A stretch of DNA of 64,000 nt from a virus: positions 14,156 to 78,155 of IMG/VR virus record IMGVR_UViG_3300042691_037387. One strand, given 5' to 3'. The notes under the pieces are model-generated. The model made no database searches and had not been told where the DNA came from. It saw nothing but the letters and a program-made list of their open reading frames with translations. Below, one piece after another: positions 27,707-40,292 of the stretch (position 1 is the stretch's first letter; the number at the start of each line of letters is the position of its first letter). The translations under genes were made by a program, and so were the position numbers.

Positions 27707-29836
27707 TTAGACACTGGAATGCTTGAACTTTATTCTATATGATTGGAGAACTGGTGTAGAATAAGGGTTCTCAAATCTAGTAAGATCTGCCCTGAATCTT
27801 ATGGAGTCAACCGACCTAGATGTCTTAGAGGTATAGCCAAATCTACATACTCCATCTATTTTTTGAGAAGAAAAAATCTGTTTAATTCCATATATTGTAT
27901 CAACAGTAAAGTAATTTTCTTTATCTATTTCTTTATTAGCGAAATCAAATGGGCTTAAGTAGTAGAAGTAATCAACAAATATTGATCCATATCTTGATAT
28001 ACTTGTTCCTTCCATCAAAGAAAATGATGCCACGCCGTTATATGGCTTATCATAAGTAATAATTAAATTATTAATTCCTTCTTTAAATTCCCACTCTACA
28101 CTCTTGCTAAGTGTTCCATTTGGAAGATCAGCTATCAACTGACCATTAAGGTATATTGCTAAATTAAAATTATAGTTTATTTTACTTACTGTAAATATAA
28201 CCTTCTGATCAGAATTGCTTAATACTTTGGTCTGCATATAACCGCTTGAAGGAGATGTTATTCCAGGATATATTGAGCCAAGCTGCTCTTTAAGAATCGA
28301 TGAAAGTATATTTGCTTTATTTTGCAATATTTCTGTGGACCAATAATCTAAATTTTTATAATTTGTCATTGTTGTATCCTGCATTATGTAATAATAATGC
28401 TTAAATGAATCCACATTTGCATATAGAGATGGATTTATGTAGTCCAAGCTTTTATTTAATGTTGCTACTCTATAAACATTTTTATTAGCATAGATGGATG
28501 AGGACGGGTTAATTTCGTTAATATTTTTTGAAGTTGAATTTACTGGTATTAATTGTAGATCATTAGCTAATGGATTTTCTTTAATCAGAATATTATCTCT
28601 CGTTGATGCCTCAAATGAGACAAGTGACTGGTAGCCAGCGGATTCTGAATCCTTTGGAGATATTGGTATCCAGTTAAAATCAGATATTGCAGTGGCATTT
28701 TCAACATTCTCTGCCACGTAGTATCTGATATCAGTTCCAGTTAATACTTGATCTGTTACATCTAGAGAAACCGCGTCAATGAATATTGACTGATTGTCTG
28801 ATGATGGAATTGAATATGGTACAGAAACTATTGAGCCCTGCTTATCGTAATATTTAGATCCTATCATCAATTCTCTCAAACCAAACTTATATTTATATGG
28901 ACTTGAAGAATCAGAACTAATATAATCTGGTTCAACCTTGGACATAATTATGTCTACAGAAGAATAATTATCTGCGGGGATAGCGGCTAAAAATGTTCCA
29001 TAGTCTTCTCTAGAATTAATGATTCTAATCTCTGATTGTTTAGTTGAATCAACATAATTAGCTATAACATATATATTGACTGGAGAAGTGGTATAAACTG
29101 TTCCCTGCACCTTGGATATAACAAGTGAATTATTCAATGGTATTCTTATGCTTAATGATACAGAATTAATTAACGAAGAATTATATTCGTACTCCCAATA
29201 TGTATCAGTTAATCCATCGAAGACATAGTTGAAAAGAGATAAATCAACATTTATTGGAAGCACTGATCCATTTGCCGAAACAGAAGCATTTGCGCTGCTT
29301 GCAATAATATTGTTTACGGTAAGATTATTGTAGTTAGCTGAATTCAATGAAGACAGTTCAACATTTTTTTTATCAACATTTACATATGCATCTGTGATAT
29401 TTAAATCAATATTATTTAAAGATGCAAAATTCTCACTGATTGAATAGAAGAAACCATCAGTGTTGCTATTGGAGAATAATAAATCGTCAACTTTTGATTC
29501 TAACTCTGATCTTCTCTTTTTTAAATTTTCCATTTTTTTATTTAAGGCGTTGATGATGCCCATCAACTGGTCATTGTTTTGAAATATAGAATCAAATATT
29601 ACATCTACATTAAAAACAGAATTTGCCATTATAGAATTCAAGATATCTACGTCAGTTACTGATATTGATCTGAGAACATCTGTATCTATTCTCAGTGGAA
29701 AGCCAGCTTTATTTACTGTAAAGTAATCATTAAAGGCTTTTCTTATTTCCTGATCATTCGGAATTACTCCAGAAGTATGAAATATTTTATATAAATTTTC
29801 TAAAAGCCTTGCTTTTTGTATTGTAGATATATTCAC
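27707..29836 (-). CDS. Virion structural protein (baseplate wedge-like)
   Basis: Coiled coil plus beta domains; WIPISP; TPVLQSYRIK end. Confidence 0.65.
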   Translation of the reverse strand: MNISTIQKARLLENLYKIFHTSGVIPNDQEIRKAFNDYFTVNKAGFPLRIDTDVLRSISVTDVDILNSIMANSVFNVDVIFDSIFQNNDQLMGIINALNKKMENLKKRRSELESKVDDLLFSNSNTDGFFYSISENFASLNNIDLNITDAYVNVDKKNVELSSLNSANYNNLTVNNIIASSANASVSANGSVLPINVDLSLFNYVFDGLTDTYWEYEYNSSLINSVSLSIRIPLNNSLVISKVQGTVYTTSPVNIYVIANYVDSTKQSEIRIINSREDYGTFLAAIPADNYSSVDIIMSKVEPDYISSDSSSPYKYKFGLRELMIGSKYYDKQGSIVSVPYSIPSSDNQSIFIDAVSLDVTDQVLTGTDIRYYVAENVENATAISDFNWIPISPKDSESAGYQSLVSFEASTRDNILIKENPLANDLQLIPVNSTSKNINEINPSSSIYANKNVYRVATLNKSLDYINPSLYANVDSFKHYYYIMQDTTMTNYKNLDYWSTEILQNKANILSSILKEQLGSIYPGITSPSSGYMQTKVLSNSDQKVIFTVSKINYNFNLAIYLNGQLIADLPNGTLSKSVEWEFKEGINNLIITYDKPYNGVASFSLMEGTSISRYGSIFVDYFYYLSPFDFANKEIDKENYFTVDTIYGIKQIFSSQKIDGVCRFGYTSKTSRSVDSIRFRADLTRFENPYSTPVLQSYRIKFKHSSV

Positions 29837-31701
29837 GATTTTTTAACCTTTGCTCCAAGAATATAAGAATATATAATTGGTGTTCTATTTGAATTCGGAT
29901 CTTTTGATATTTCTAATTTAACTAAAACATTTTTTATTTCTTTTGGAACATTTGGATATGAATAATATGTGACGCCAGGAAGCTTATATCCTGTTGGAAC
30001 ATTTTGATTAAAAGCCAATACCTCGTCTCCATTTATATAGCCTGATTGAATAGGAGAAATTCTTAGCCAATTTTTTCCTTCGTCAACTGAAACATATGCA
30101 TTAATCAAAGAAGATGCCTGAAAAATACTTTCCGTATCTGCCTGTATATTTAATATTAGAGACTCTACCGGCAAATCGAAATTAAATGGCCTTGATATTA
30201 TCTGAGCGTTGTTTATATATTCATGATACTCAAAGGATATATCCCTGATTCCTATTGACATTCGCTTTGCTTTTAGTATCTGTTTTTCCATTTTTATTGG
30301 AACGTTATAAGTAATAGAACCTGAAGTTGCGGTAGATCCTAATGGGTTTTTAAAAACCGTAACTGGAACTATCTGCTTTACTGAATCTCTTACCTTAAAT
30401 AAATTTGGATTAGATAGTTTTGGTATCGTCAAATATTCATTGTATTTTATTTCTTTATAAATACTCTCATCTATATTTGACGGATTAAATCTGTACATAT
30501 TGTAAAATGGACTTTCATCTCTTGCTCCATCTACATAATCTGTAACCCAGAAACAATGTTGAATATCTACTTCTTGAAACTGGTTTTGTTCCATTGTAAC
30601 TACTGCACTTGAAGCTTCAGTTTCTTCAAATGAAATTATGGCCTTATTAATAAAGAATGAACCATATGATTCTGTTGTTATATTTTCTGGAGAAGCCCCA
30701 ATAAATATTGGTTTTTTTAACACTTCAAAATCTGTTCCATCTGATTTTGTCAGCATAACGCTGGTAACTTTTACTAGCTTAGAAGAACCAAAGTATGGAA
30801 TAATTGTAAGTGAGTTACATTTTTGCGCAGCATTGGCCAATGCCTTAACTTTTAAGACTAGTGGTTCTGATATACTGTGATTTGACCAATTAACTAATGA
30901 ACCATCGCTGTCTTTTATGTAACAAAATTCTTTCTCTGAGTAGCCACTATTAGCGTTGAATATTGTTGTTGGCTTTTCAACATTTAATGCCTCATATTCA
31001 AAGTATGTTAATGGATTTTTGTCCACAATATTATTTTTATTCCCAATTGATGGGCTATCTTCAAATACATATCGGTAAGAATTTGAGCTTAAAGGAGATG
31101 TTGACTTAACTACAACATGATTGTTTCCAATAAATCCATTTGACTCAATAACTTCTACTCTTGAACTCTGCCAACTGGCGGTTGAACGTGACTGAAGAGA
31201 CAGCCTTCCATCAGATATATAAGGTATCCTGTCAGCTAAATACTTCTCTTCATCAATGTAATCATGATTATCAAAAGAATCTCCGATATAAACGATATCA
31301 TCTGCTGGACTCTGTGAATACATTTGTAAAATTTTTGTTTTAGAACTTATTCTACTAATGTATTTTTTTTCTGATTCTACTTCAGCATTAAATAAATTGT
31401 ACACATTAACAGTTTTTGCACTTAAGTAGTCTAGTTGTTTGGCTGATGTATTGATATCTTCTTTTAGGTCACTTAAAAACGAATTTATCTTTTTTGAAGA
31501 AGGGGGTTCGCCCTTTATCAGCTGCTCGATCTCTGTTTTAGCTGAACCAATTTTCTGATAAAGTTCACTTAATGATTTATTAAAGTCATCTATTATATCC
31601 TGTTTCGTTATGAAACTTCCCTTGGACCACTTTTCTACCAAGTCAGCTACTGACTTAGCAATTTGATCGTAAGCTAATGTATATGGAGATAATTGTGTCA
31701 T
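29833..31701 (-). CDS. Virion structural protein (baseplate wedge-like)
   Basis: Paralogous motifs IGIRDI, WLRISP, TPIIYSY. Confidence 0.65.
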   Translation of the reverse strand: MTQLSPYTLAYDQIAKSVADLVEKWSKGSFITKQDIIDDFNKSLSELYQKIGSAKTEIEQLIKGEPPSSKKINSFLSDLKEDINTSAKQLDYLSAKTVNVYNLFNAEVESEKKYISRISSKTKILQMYSQSPADDIVYIGDSFDNHDYIDEEKYLADRIPYISDGRLSLQSRSTASWQSSRVEVIESNGFIGNNHVVVKSTSPLSSNSYRYVFEDSPSIGNKNNIVDKNPLTYFEYEALNVEKPTTIFNANSGYSEKEFCYIKDSDGSLVNWSNHSISEPLVLKVKALANAAQKCNSLTIIPYFGSSKLVKVTSVMLTKSDGTDFEVLKKPIFIGASPENITTESYGSFFINKAIISFEETEASSAVVTMEQNQFQEVDIQHCFWVTDYVDGARDESPFYNMYRFNPSNIDESIYKEIKYNEYLTIPKLSNPNLFKVRDSVKQIVPVTVFKNPLGSTATSGSITYNVPIKMEKQILKAKRMSIGIRDISFEYHEYINNAQIISRPFNFDLPVESLILNIQADTESIFQASSLINAYVSVDEGKNWLRISPIQSGYINGDEVLAFNQNVPTGYKLPGVTYYSYPNVPKEIKNVLVKLEISKDPNSNRTPIIYSYILGAKVKKS

Positions 31702-31708
31702 AATTTAC

Positions 31709-34348
31709 CTATTTTTTTAGAATAACTTTTGTGAGCTTGTCATAAAATGGATCATATATTTTTGTTTTGCACTTTACGAGAACTGAATCTGCCGAGCAAC
31801 TGTAATTAATATTTGGTATATTCTTTCTCATTATCAATCTAAATCTGAGTGAATTTGGAACATAGTCATATATAATCCTAAATGGAAGAGAAATGTACTG
31901 ATTAAATATTATTTCTTTTCCATTTTGAATAAAATAAATTCCAGAAGATTTAAGAGTAAAATCTGGAGAATCAGAACTTTCAGTATAGTTTGTTAGATTT
32001 ATAGCATAAGAACCATCATTCAAGAGTACTTTTACTGGATTATATCCAGATCCATTTCCATAGAAAACAGTTCCGATAAGGGAGCTATAGCTAGAGTTTG
32101 ATAAGAAAGAAGAATTTACGTATGGTATATTTTGAATAGTGATCCTATTAGATAAATCGGTTGAATTAAACAATTCTCCTTGACCATCACTATCAGATGC
32201 TGGCTTTGTTGATTCTTGGAAAAAACCATTAGAGACAAAGTCAATTGAGCCATAATTATAGAATTCTAGGTTTAAATCATAACTAGCGACATAAGTTGAA
32301 TTTGGATTAAGCGACGTAATAGTTATGATATTTCCGGAAACCGAATATTGACTTGGATCAATGATCCAGCCATTTTCATAAAGACTTAATGAATCCTGCC
32401 TAAAAGAAAATCTAGTTCTTGCAGTTTTACTGCTTTGATCAAAAAATAAAACTTCTGAAGAAATAGAACTTTCTCCATGAGAGATAATTGGAATCCAGTA
32501 TCTTTCATCATCTGGAACTTCTATCGTTGAAAAAGACAATTCATAAGATGTTGATTCCTTAAGATCATAACTATAATTAAAAAGATCTAAGTTTGACTTA
32601 TCTTTTATTAGCTTTAATTTAGCAGCAGTGGGATGTCCATTTAGTGGTATTTTTTTACTAACAAAACATGCTTTATTCGATTGCTTTGCTTCAACGGATG
32701 CAAATTCTATTGATTTTAAAGAAAAAGAATATTCATACTGGTCTTCCTGTTCTTGTTCCAACATATCTAAGATGGTTGAAGAAGAAGATCTAGAAGCGAC
32801 TTGCGCATTTGAAAATTGAAATTTAGATGAATTAAAATTGTTAGAAGACTTAATTGGCAGAAGTCCTACTGATTTAAAGTTGAATAAGTTTGCGCCTGAA
32901 AGAGAAGATTCAACATAAGTTCTTTGATCAAATATTTCTGCTTTTTGATCAATTACATGAGCCATAAAATTCTGAAATATATTTGAAATAATTGATGAAT
33001 TAAAATTATCAAAACTTCCATTTTCCTTCATGTCTTGAAGAAGAGTTCTTGAATATATTGGTGCATTATTGGAGTCATCAACACATGGATACCTATAAGA
33101 ATAGTAATTTGTTATGTAGTCTTTGTTTTTTACTAGTTCTTTTAAAGAATTATTTTTCAAAAAAATACTATATACTAAGTCTTGCAGTTTATCTGTATTA
33201 GTTTTTCTTTTGTCCCTTAAATCTTTTAGTATTCTATATATTTTTCTTGATATTATCTCAGAATTATTCGTTGTTATTTCGGTTCTTTTATATAAAGATT
33301 GATTGAATATTAGAATAATTTTTTTTGCTACTGATTCTTCAAAAGCAATTTCTGTTATAGAGTCAATCTTTTTGGGAGAAGAAAGAACTGGCACAAAACC
33401 TCTGTTGGTCGAATTCAATTCCACTCTATTTAAATTTGTTGACGTAATGCTTTGTATGGTTTCGACTACATCATCAGAATTATTAAATATTGCTACCTGC
33501 AGCAACTGTAGACCGTTTGAATAATTTGGTGTTATATAAATTGTATTAATTAGCTGAGGAGTAGAAAATATTATTTCTACATAAGTCTGCGCACCATTTA
33601 TACTGGATGTATCGTAATTACAATATTCTGCTAATTCACGAATAGAAGATTTTATTACAGTAGGCGACTTGACTGAAACAGACCAAGAATCCGATAATGT
33701 TTCAGTTAAAACAGATTCGAAGCCAGAGTCGGTATGATTCATCAGGTAATAGTTTGAATTTACAATAATTGATTCAATATTATTTATTTCATTTTTAATA
33801 TCAGATTTAGTTCCTATTTTAAATAGGCCAGACTTTGTATCAACAAATCCGTTTCCATTTTCGTCAAAGTTGATACCATCTCTATCAACTAGGTTAAAAT
33901 ATAAACCATCTGATCTATAGTCTTGAAGTGCGTTGTCAAATTTTTCATAGTAATTTGAATTAAATAAATCATCTTTTCCAGATATATATTCATAATTATT
34001 TATAAAATTTTCTAATTGTTCTACATCTTTTTCCATCTTATCTATCTCAGATGAGAAGACATCAATCATTGAATTGATAATTAATCCGACTGTGTTAGCG
34101 ACACTGAAATAGTTTTTAATTCTTATGTCAGCGTCTCTGAATGCCTCTATAAAATATTCTTTATTTAGAGTAGAAAACTGAGATATTAAACCTGGATCAT
34201 AATAATTGTTAATTTGAAAATCTTTTATTCCAGATATAAGCGAAGATATCTCTGACTTGTCTGCCTTTATATTTTTGAGCACGCTGGAGACGAAGGTTCT
34301 TGATCCTGTCCTTAAGCTATTTATTGCTGATGGAAGATATGTATCCAT
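31709..34348 (-). CDS. Virion structural protein (baseplate wedge-like)
   Basis: Paralogous motifs YSFSLKSI, FVSKKI, WIPI. Confidence 0.65.
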   Translation of the reverse strand: MDTYLPSAINSLRTGSRTFVSSVLKNIKADKSEISSLISGIKDFQINNYYDPGLISQFSTLNKEYFIEAFRDADIRIKNYFSVANTVGLIINSMIDVFSSEIDKMEKDVEQLENFINNYEYISGKDDLFNSNYYEKFDNALQDYRSDGLYFNLVDRDGINFDENGNGFVDTKSGLFKIGTKSDIKNEINNIESIIVNSNYYLMNHTDSGFESVLTETLSDSWSVSVKSPTVIKSSIRELAEYCNYDTSSINGAQTYVEIIFSTPQLINTIYITPNYSNGLQLLQVAIFNNSDDVVETIQSITSTNLNRVELNSTNRGFVPVLSSPKKIDSITEIAFEESVAKKIILIFNQSLYKRTEITTNNSEIISRKIYRILKDLRDKRKTNTDKLQDLVYSIFLKNNSLKELVKNKDYITNYYSYRYPCVDDSNNAPIYSRTLLQDMKENGSFDNFNSSIISNIFQNFMAHVIDQKAEIFDQRTYVESSLSGANLFNFKSVGLLPIKSSNNFNSSKFQFSNAQVASRSSSSTILDMLEQEQEDQYEYSFSLKSIEFASVEAKQSNKACFVSKKIPLNGHPTAAKLKLIKDKSNLDLFNYSYDLKESTSYELSFSTIEVPDDERYWIPIISHGESSISSEVLFFDQSSKTARTRFSFRQDSLSLYENGWIIDPSQYSVSGNIITITSLNPNSTYVASYDLNLEFYNYGSIDFVSNGFFQESTKPASDSDGQGELFNSTDLSNRITIQNIPYVNSSFLSNSSYSSLIGTVFYGNGSGYNPVKVLLNDGSYAINLTNYTESSDSPDFTLKSSGIYFIQNGKEIIFNQYISLPFRIIYDYVPNSLRFRLIMRKNIPNINYSCSADSVLVKCKTKIYDPFYDKLTKVILKK

Positions 34349-37300
34349 TTATTTTACTCCAAACGAATTGCCATCCATATCCTGAATTTCAAAAGATACT
34401 CCAGCGGTTAGATTCCTATAAACTATATCATAAATTTCTGTAATATTTAAGAAATTTTCTTTTACTTCTTTTGGAAGTTTAATTATTACATATCCACCTT
34501 TTGGATACGCCATTCCGTAAGATGGGTACATATCCCAATAAGAAATTGTATCTGAGTCATATTCAAAAGCTTCTTTAGTATCATACTGATAAGATATACC
34601 GCCACCCTTAAGTCTGGTATCAAAGACATCAACAGGAATTTGTGACCTACTATATATAACTATTCCTATCATAAGAGCAAATGGATTGTACTTATTTGAA
34701 GTTGGGTTAAATATATCCTTGTCATATGTAAAGTTTACTGGATAAGAATTGCTATATTCAGTAACTTTAGAGTATTCACTAAAGGTAGAATTAATATTTG
34801 TTCTTTTTTCTATCTTAGTTGGAAGCAAATAAATATATAGTGGTTTTTCTACTTGTATAGTATCTTTGTTTAGGAGAGGATTAAGGGGTATTTCTTCTCC
34901 ATTAACTTGATAAATCTGTATATCACTATTCTTTGCAACATACGATATCTTAATATCGGATTCTTTATCTGGAACAAATCTTTCAGTAAACTCAATTACC
35001 CCTGTTTCAGAGTTATAATTTTTTACTTTTGATAAAGGTATTCTTTCCCAGACTTTTTCTGATGGTCTCGTTGCTGACAAGTTAGTGTTTCTGTAGATTT
35101 CAAATTGTGGTCTTATCAAATTAAGAATTGAGTAATCATAATTTGAAGGTTCTGCCCAAACTAGGAATGGTGACTGTCTGACCTTTATTGTATTTGTTGA
35201 TACTACAATTGGATTTTCATCCTTAACTTCATAGTAGCCTTTTCCAAATATTTTTGACCAACTGACACCAGGCGTAGTGTATGTTTCATAATGGCAGAGC
35301 AAATCTTGGTTAAGATATCGTGATTTCCAGTCATCATATATATTTGAATCCATATGTATAGATTTTATAAATGACCCCTGAGTTATAGACAAAGGCCAAG
35401 CTTTCTTCTGCTCAATGTCTAATGACATATTTCCAATTCTAATTCTTGAATTGGAATTAAATCTAACAGAATATACTGGATAAATTTTCTTTAATGGTAT
35501 ATTAACAGGCTTGAAAACATTTGAATTTTTTGGACCGATATAATCAATTTTATTTTGAGTATTACCATCCGCATCTATTGCACATACGGCTACGTAAACA
35601 TTATCTATTCCTCTAGATAAAAGTTCAATGTATGATATTTTTTTACCAATAAATTCTTTCTGCTTATTATCAAAGAATCCATATATTATTCCGTCTGTAT
35701 TGGTTATGTTGCTATAAAGATCTATGTCACCAAATCTTATATCTCTTTCTACTCCTTCGGATAGGTCTGGAAACTCAGGCGATATATCCTGATAAGATGG
35801 TATTCCAATTGGCTTATAAGTAGCATTTTGTAGACCGTTTAAATAGACTTTCCCTGATTCATATAATGCTGGTTTTTGCGCCAACAAAACAATGCCATCG
35901 TGAACTGTAACTGTTTCCCTACTATCTAATACATTTCCATCTACTGAAACAAGTACATAGTCATTGCTTGATATTCCTTTTGTTTTAATGGCTATTGTTG
36001 AACCAGAATAATATGAAGAAGATGTAGATAAAGTTATTTTTCCATAACCTCCAGAAACTCTTAAATCAGAGTAAACGATATCTACAACTGAAGACGGGCT
36101 AGGTATAAATTGTTTTGTATCTGAATTCAAAGACGTAATCACCGAAGATGTATTTCCAATGATTTCTGGAATCATTTTTGGTTTAGAGAAGTCAAATTTA
36201 ATTTGAGTTCCGTCCGTGGTAAAAGGTCCACTATTTAATGAATAAACGTTGGGCGTTAGAGTTTGAGTGTATATCCTATCCTTATAGAAGTAAGACAATG
36301 ATGTAAAATATACATTATAATCTTTTTCCTTACATTTAACATCATTATATATATAGCTTATACTGTTTGTCGGTGATAAATTACTAAATGCATGCGTAGC
36401 TTTTGCATAAGCTATTATCTCTACTTGGTTTGTTTCTTCTACAGCAAAGTCTTCTATGGTAATATTAACATTAACTTCAAATGCCCCTGAAGGAAGAGCT
36501 TCTTTAATCCACGAAGACCCATTCCATTTATAATATCCGTCTTCAGTTCCTCTAATCCAAATTTTTTTATCAGTAACATTTGACTTTAATTGTTTTGCTG
36601 AGTAGTCGTAATATAATTCTGCAGGATGACTAGCATAAGGTGTTAAATCTTTTCCATTAAAGTATTGATATGCAGAAGAATCTGGTTGAGAAGATAAGCT
36701 GTCAACAGCCTCATACGTATTTGACCAATCGTGTGTTTTGCCAGTAACTCTTTGTGTCCAACCATATTCAGTCGGAACTGCTCTAACGGCAGTTTGAGCT
36801 GTTACCTGCACCGATTCCAAGGAGTAGCCTTCGGCAAATTGACCATATATTGCATTAATATTCTTTAATTTTTCTGCAGACTCTATTTTTATAAACATAT
36901 GCCTACATTTAGAAGACTCTACACCTAAATCTATCTCAACAATTCCATTTTCATCTGCTGATTTATTGACTATAGAGGTAGAATATAGACTAAGTCTTTG
37001 TGCAGTAGTTAACGGAGATCCGCTATGGTCAGCGCTAGAATAGCCGTAGCTATAAATTTTTGCTTTTCTCCATTGACCAAAGTTAACTGTTAATCTCTTT
37101 ATTGTTTGATAACCTTCTGGGATTGAGAAGTATATTATGTCTGTTATTTTAGATGGCCCCTCAAAACCAGTGAATGTTATCTTCTTATATTCTCTTCCAA
37201 TTGTCAAGTTTTCAATTGATGCTACGGCTGCATCCCAAAAATTTAGCACCCCGTACTGACTGGCACGATCTCTCCAAGTATTATAAGATGCGATGTCTTC

Positions 37301-40292
37301 ATCTTTTAATGTTTTTAGTCTTCTTGCAAGAAGTGATTTTGTTTCACTATCTACTGTTCCATCAACATATATACAATTCCCAAGATTTTTCTGAGTCTCT
37401 TGGAAACTCTTTATGGCATCAGCTGTTTTTGTTCCATATTTTCCATCAACAGGCCAATTACTAAAATTTCCACCACCGTATCTACCAAATGATTTTAAGG
37501 CTAACTGAATATACTTTACATATGCGTGAGATGTTCCAGATCTAGCTGTTGACCATAGCCAAGTGGGATTTCCCTGATCTATATCTCTAGTGTAAATAAA
37601 GTTATTGTAAGACTTGTCTGAATCTACAGAACTATACAAATTGCTATCTATGGATGATTTTACATTACTGCAATTCAATCCTGTACGGATTTCTCCAGCT
37701 AACGTATATCCAAGCCTTGTTATATATTGCTGAGGTTCTATGTCTGGATCTTTTGTTTTGTAATTTCTAACAATTGTTCCATTTCTTTGTCTTGTAAACT
37801 TTTCAGTGGCTGTTCCTACGAAAGCACACTTTAGATCAGTGGTTAAAGTACCATTTAATGATATTGGTTTATCGGTTGCAGATATATAAGAATATTTTGT
37901 ATACAAATTAAATGGATAAGATTTGAATTGTGTAATTGGATTGATTTCAGAATTTATTTTTTTAGTATCAGAAGAACTTATTCCAGGTACATCCTTTACT
38001 ACATATGGACCAAACGAAGATGGCACGGATATTGATGGCGAATACTTTTCTGTATAGGCATATGGCTTGAGGTCACCAGAGGTCATCTTTTTTAGAAAAT
38101 AAGAAGTAGGAATTGCTTCGTCTTCTGGTGAACTAACGGTAGTTGTATTCGTAATTAATACATCTGGATTTGTTACTTCTATATAAAAATCTATATTAGA
38201 AGTATCAATTTTTGATATTTTGTCTTTATAATAATCAGGAACGCTTTCTGCAAGCTTTGCTTTGTAGTATGACAGTATATTTGGATAAGAATTTATTAAA
38301 TCTCTTCCAAATTTAATTTCATTTGTATTTGATGATACGTTAACAAAGTATTGAATTTTTTCTTCATCAAGTATTGCGTCAGAATACATGGTCCAAGAAG
38401 AATTCCATTCACCAACATAGTTGTAGACCAATGATCTAATATCAGTTTTTCTTAATGCATTAGTTCTGCAGTATAGGGCAAAAGCTACAGTGTTGAAAAG
38501 AAACTTATATGGCCCCTCTACCACTCCAGATAATATCGATTCACGTTCAAGCTCATATGCCACTGATCCAGTACTTGAATCTACTATTGAGCCCTCTCCG
38601 GCAGCATTATAGACTGCATTGCAATAGTTGAATAGATCAAAGCTTGTAATTATTATGTTTCCTTGTGCTACAGCATCTCCGTTGAGAATTGAATTCATAC
38701 AGCGCGGCAACGGATTTCTTGTTGGCTTGATTTGGCCCAATGTTTAATATAGATAGAGTTGAATCAACTGAATTTATATATCTATACCCGTTAGTATTTT
38801 TAAGGCCAAAAATACCGTAATTTGGTTTTTCAAATATGCTGTCATCTATATTCCATCCACCATTTTTGTTTTCATTTAATATATTTGAATCAGTATTGTA
38901 TTCAACGTATGTTGTAGCACTATTATCTAATGCTGTTAAGGTTATATTATTTTTATAAAATGGAATAGAATCCGGATACTTGCTTGCGTCTACCAATAGC
39001 GTTCCATTATCTTTAGTTACAAACTTATCTATTAACCTTATGGCTTTTTCCGAAAGAGCTTCTGTAGGACTAAATGCAAGTACGTCAAACTGCGACAAGT
39101 CTTCGACTGATTGAATATTAACTTTCCAATAAATGGCTTGACTTTTACTTGGAATTATTGACAGCGATTCGCTGATTGGATTGACAAAATTATATCCAGA
39201 AAAATTAAAAGGAGAACTTTGTAGTCTATAGAAAATATAAGGTTTTATAACTGCATTGCTAACTGTATCCTTATTTGGATCTTTAGAGTCGTATAATACT
39301 CCAACTTTGATGGTTTTAACCTCTACATTAGCGGAGTACTCTCTTGCTTCTAATTCTTGTATTTGATCCAAATTAACTGATTGATTTGACTTAGCTATTA
39401 ATCTCCAGTTAAATACCTCAAAAACTCTATTGTCAGCCAATGCCTTTCTCGGAACAAATGCCTGAAATCCAGTCGTATCCATAGACTGTTTATATATTTC
39501 TGAATACTTCTGCAGGAATTTTTTAATAGAATATTTATTTTTTTCTATTACGTTTGAGTCCATCAACAATGACTCTTCTGCTATTTCAGAGAAATAAGGA
39601 ACTGCATTTATATTCTCTGTAAAGCTTAAAAATAAATTAGAAGTTTGACCTTCGCTATTTACCTCTATCTTGTCATAGACAAGCTTAAGATTTTTAGCTG
39701 GAGTTGCATCAAAGCCAACAAATATTTTATGTGGTACTTCTGTATCAAGATAGTTTTCATCTGTTAGATATGGCTCTAACAGTATCTTGTATTTCTTCCT
39801 TCCAGTAGCTAAATCAATGTAGTCGAAGTTATTTTGATCTACAACCCTAATGTTTAAAGTTGAGTAATGGTCAGCTAATGGTATATCTAGCATGCTTGAT
39901 ATGCTAAATCCCCTTTGCCCATAGCAAAAATGTCTACTTACATAATAACTATGAAGAAAATTATTTGGATCTACGGAAGAGATTAACTCAGTAGAATATT
40001 GATCAGAGAATGGTATGTCAGATATAGAAACATCTTGAGTTGGTAATCTGGAATTTCCATTCTCATCTTCAAGTATTCCTAATTCATTAGCAAAATATAT
40101 TTTATTCTGTCCAAAATCTTTTACTTTATTTTCTGGTATGGATTCAGATACATCCATAACCAGCAAGCTATTGCCTGCGGTAATTATATCTTGATCAAAC
40201 ATGGCTATATTTGCTGCGTCTGCTGGTACATTGCTACCTATTTTTATGGCTTTTTCTTTATTGTTTTTACTTCTATTATTAAATACTTTCAT
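34349..40292 (-). CDS. Large virion protein with a peptidoglycan-binding domain, ~1980 aa after +1 recoding at CGGA 38678-38681
   Basis: VKYIQLAL...VDGKYGTKTADAIKSFQ...VDGTVDSET (PG_binding_1 pattern); track ORFs 38637..40292 and 34349..38740 join at CGGA. Confidence 0.7.
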
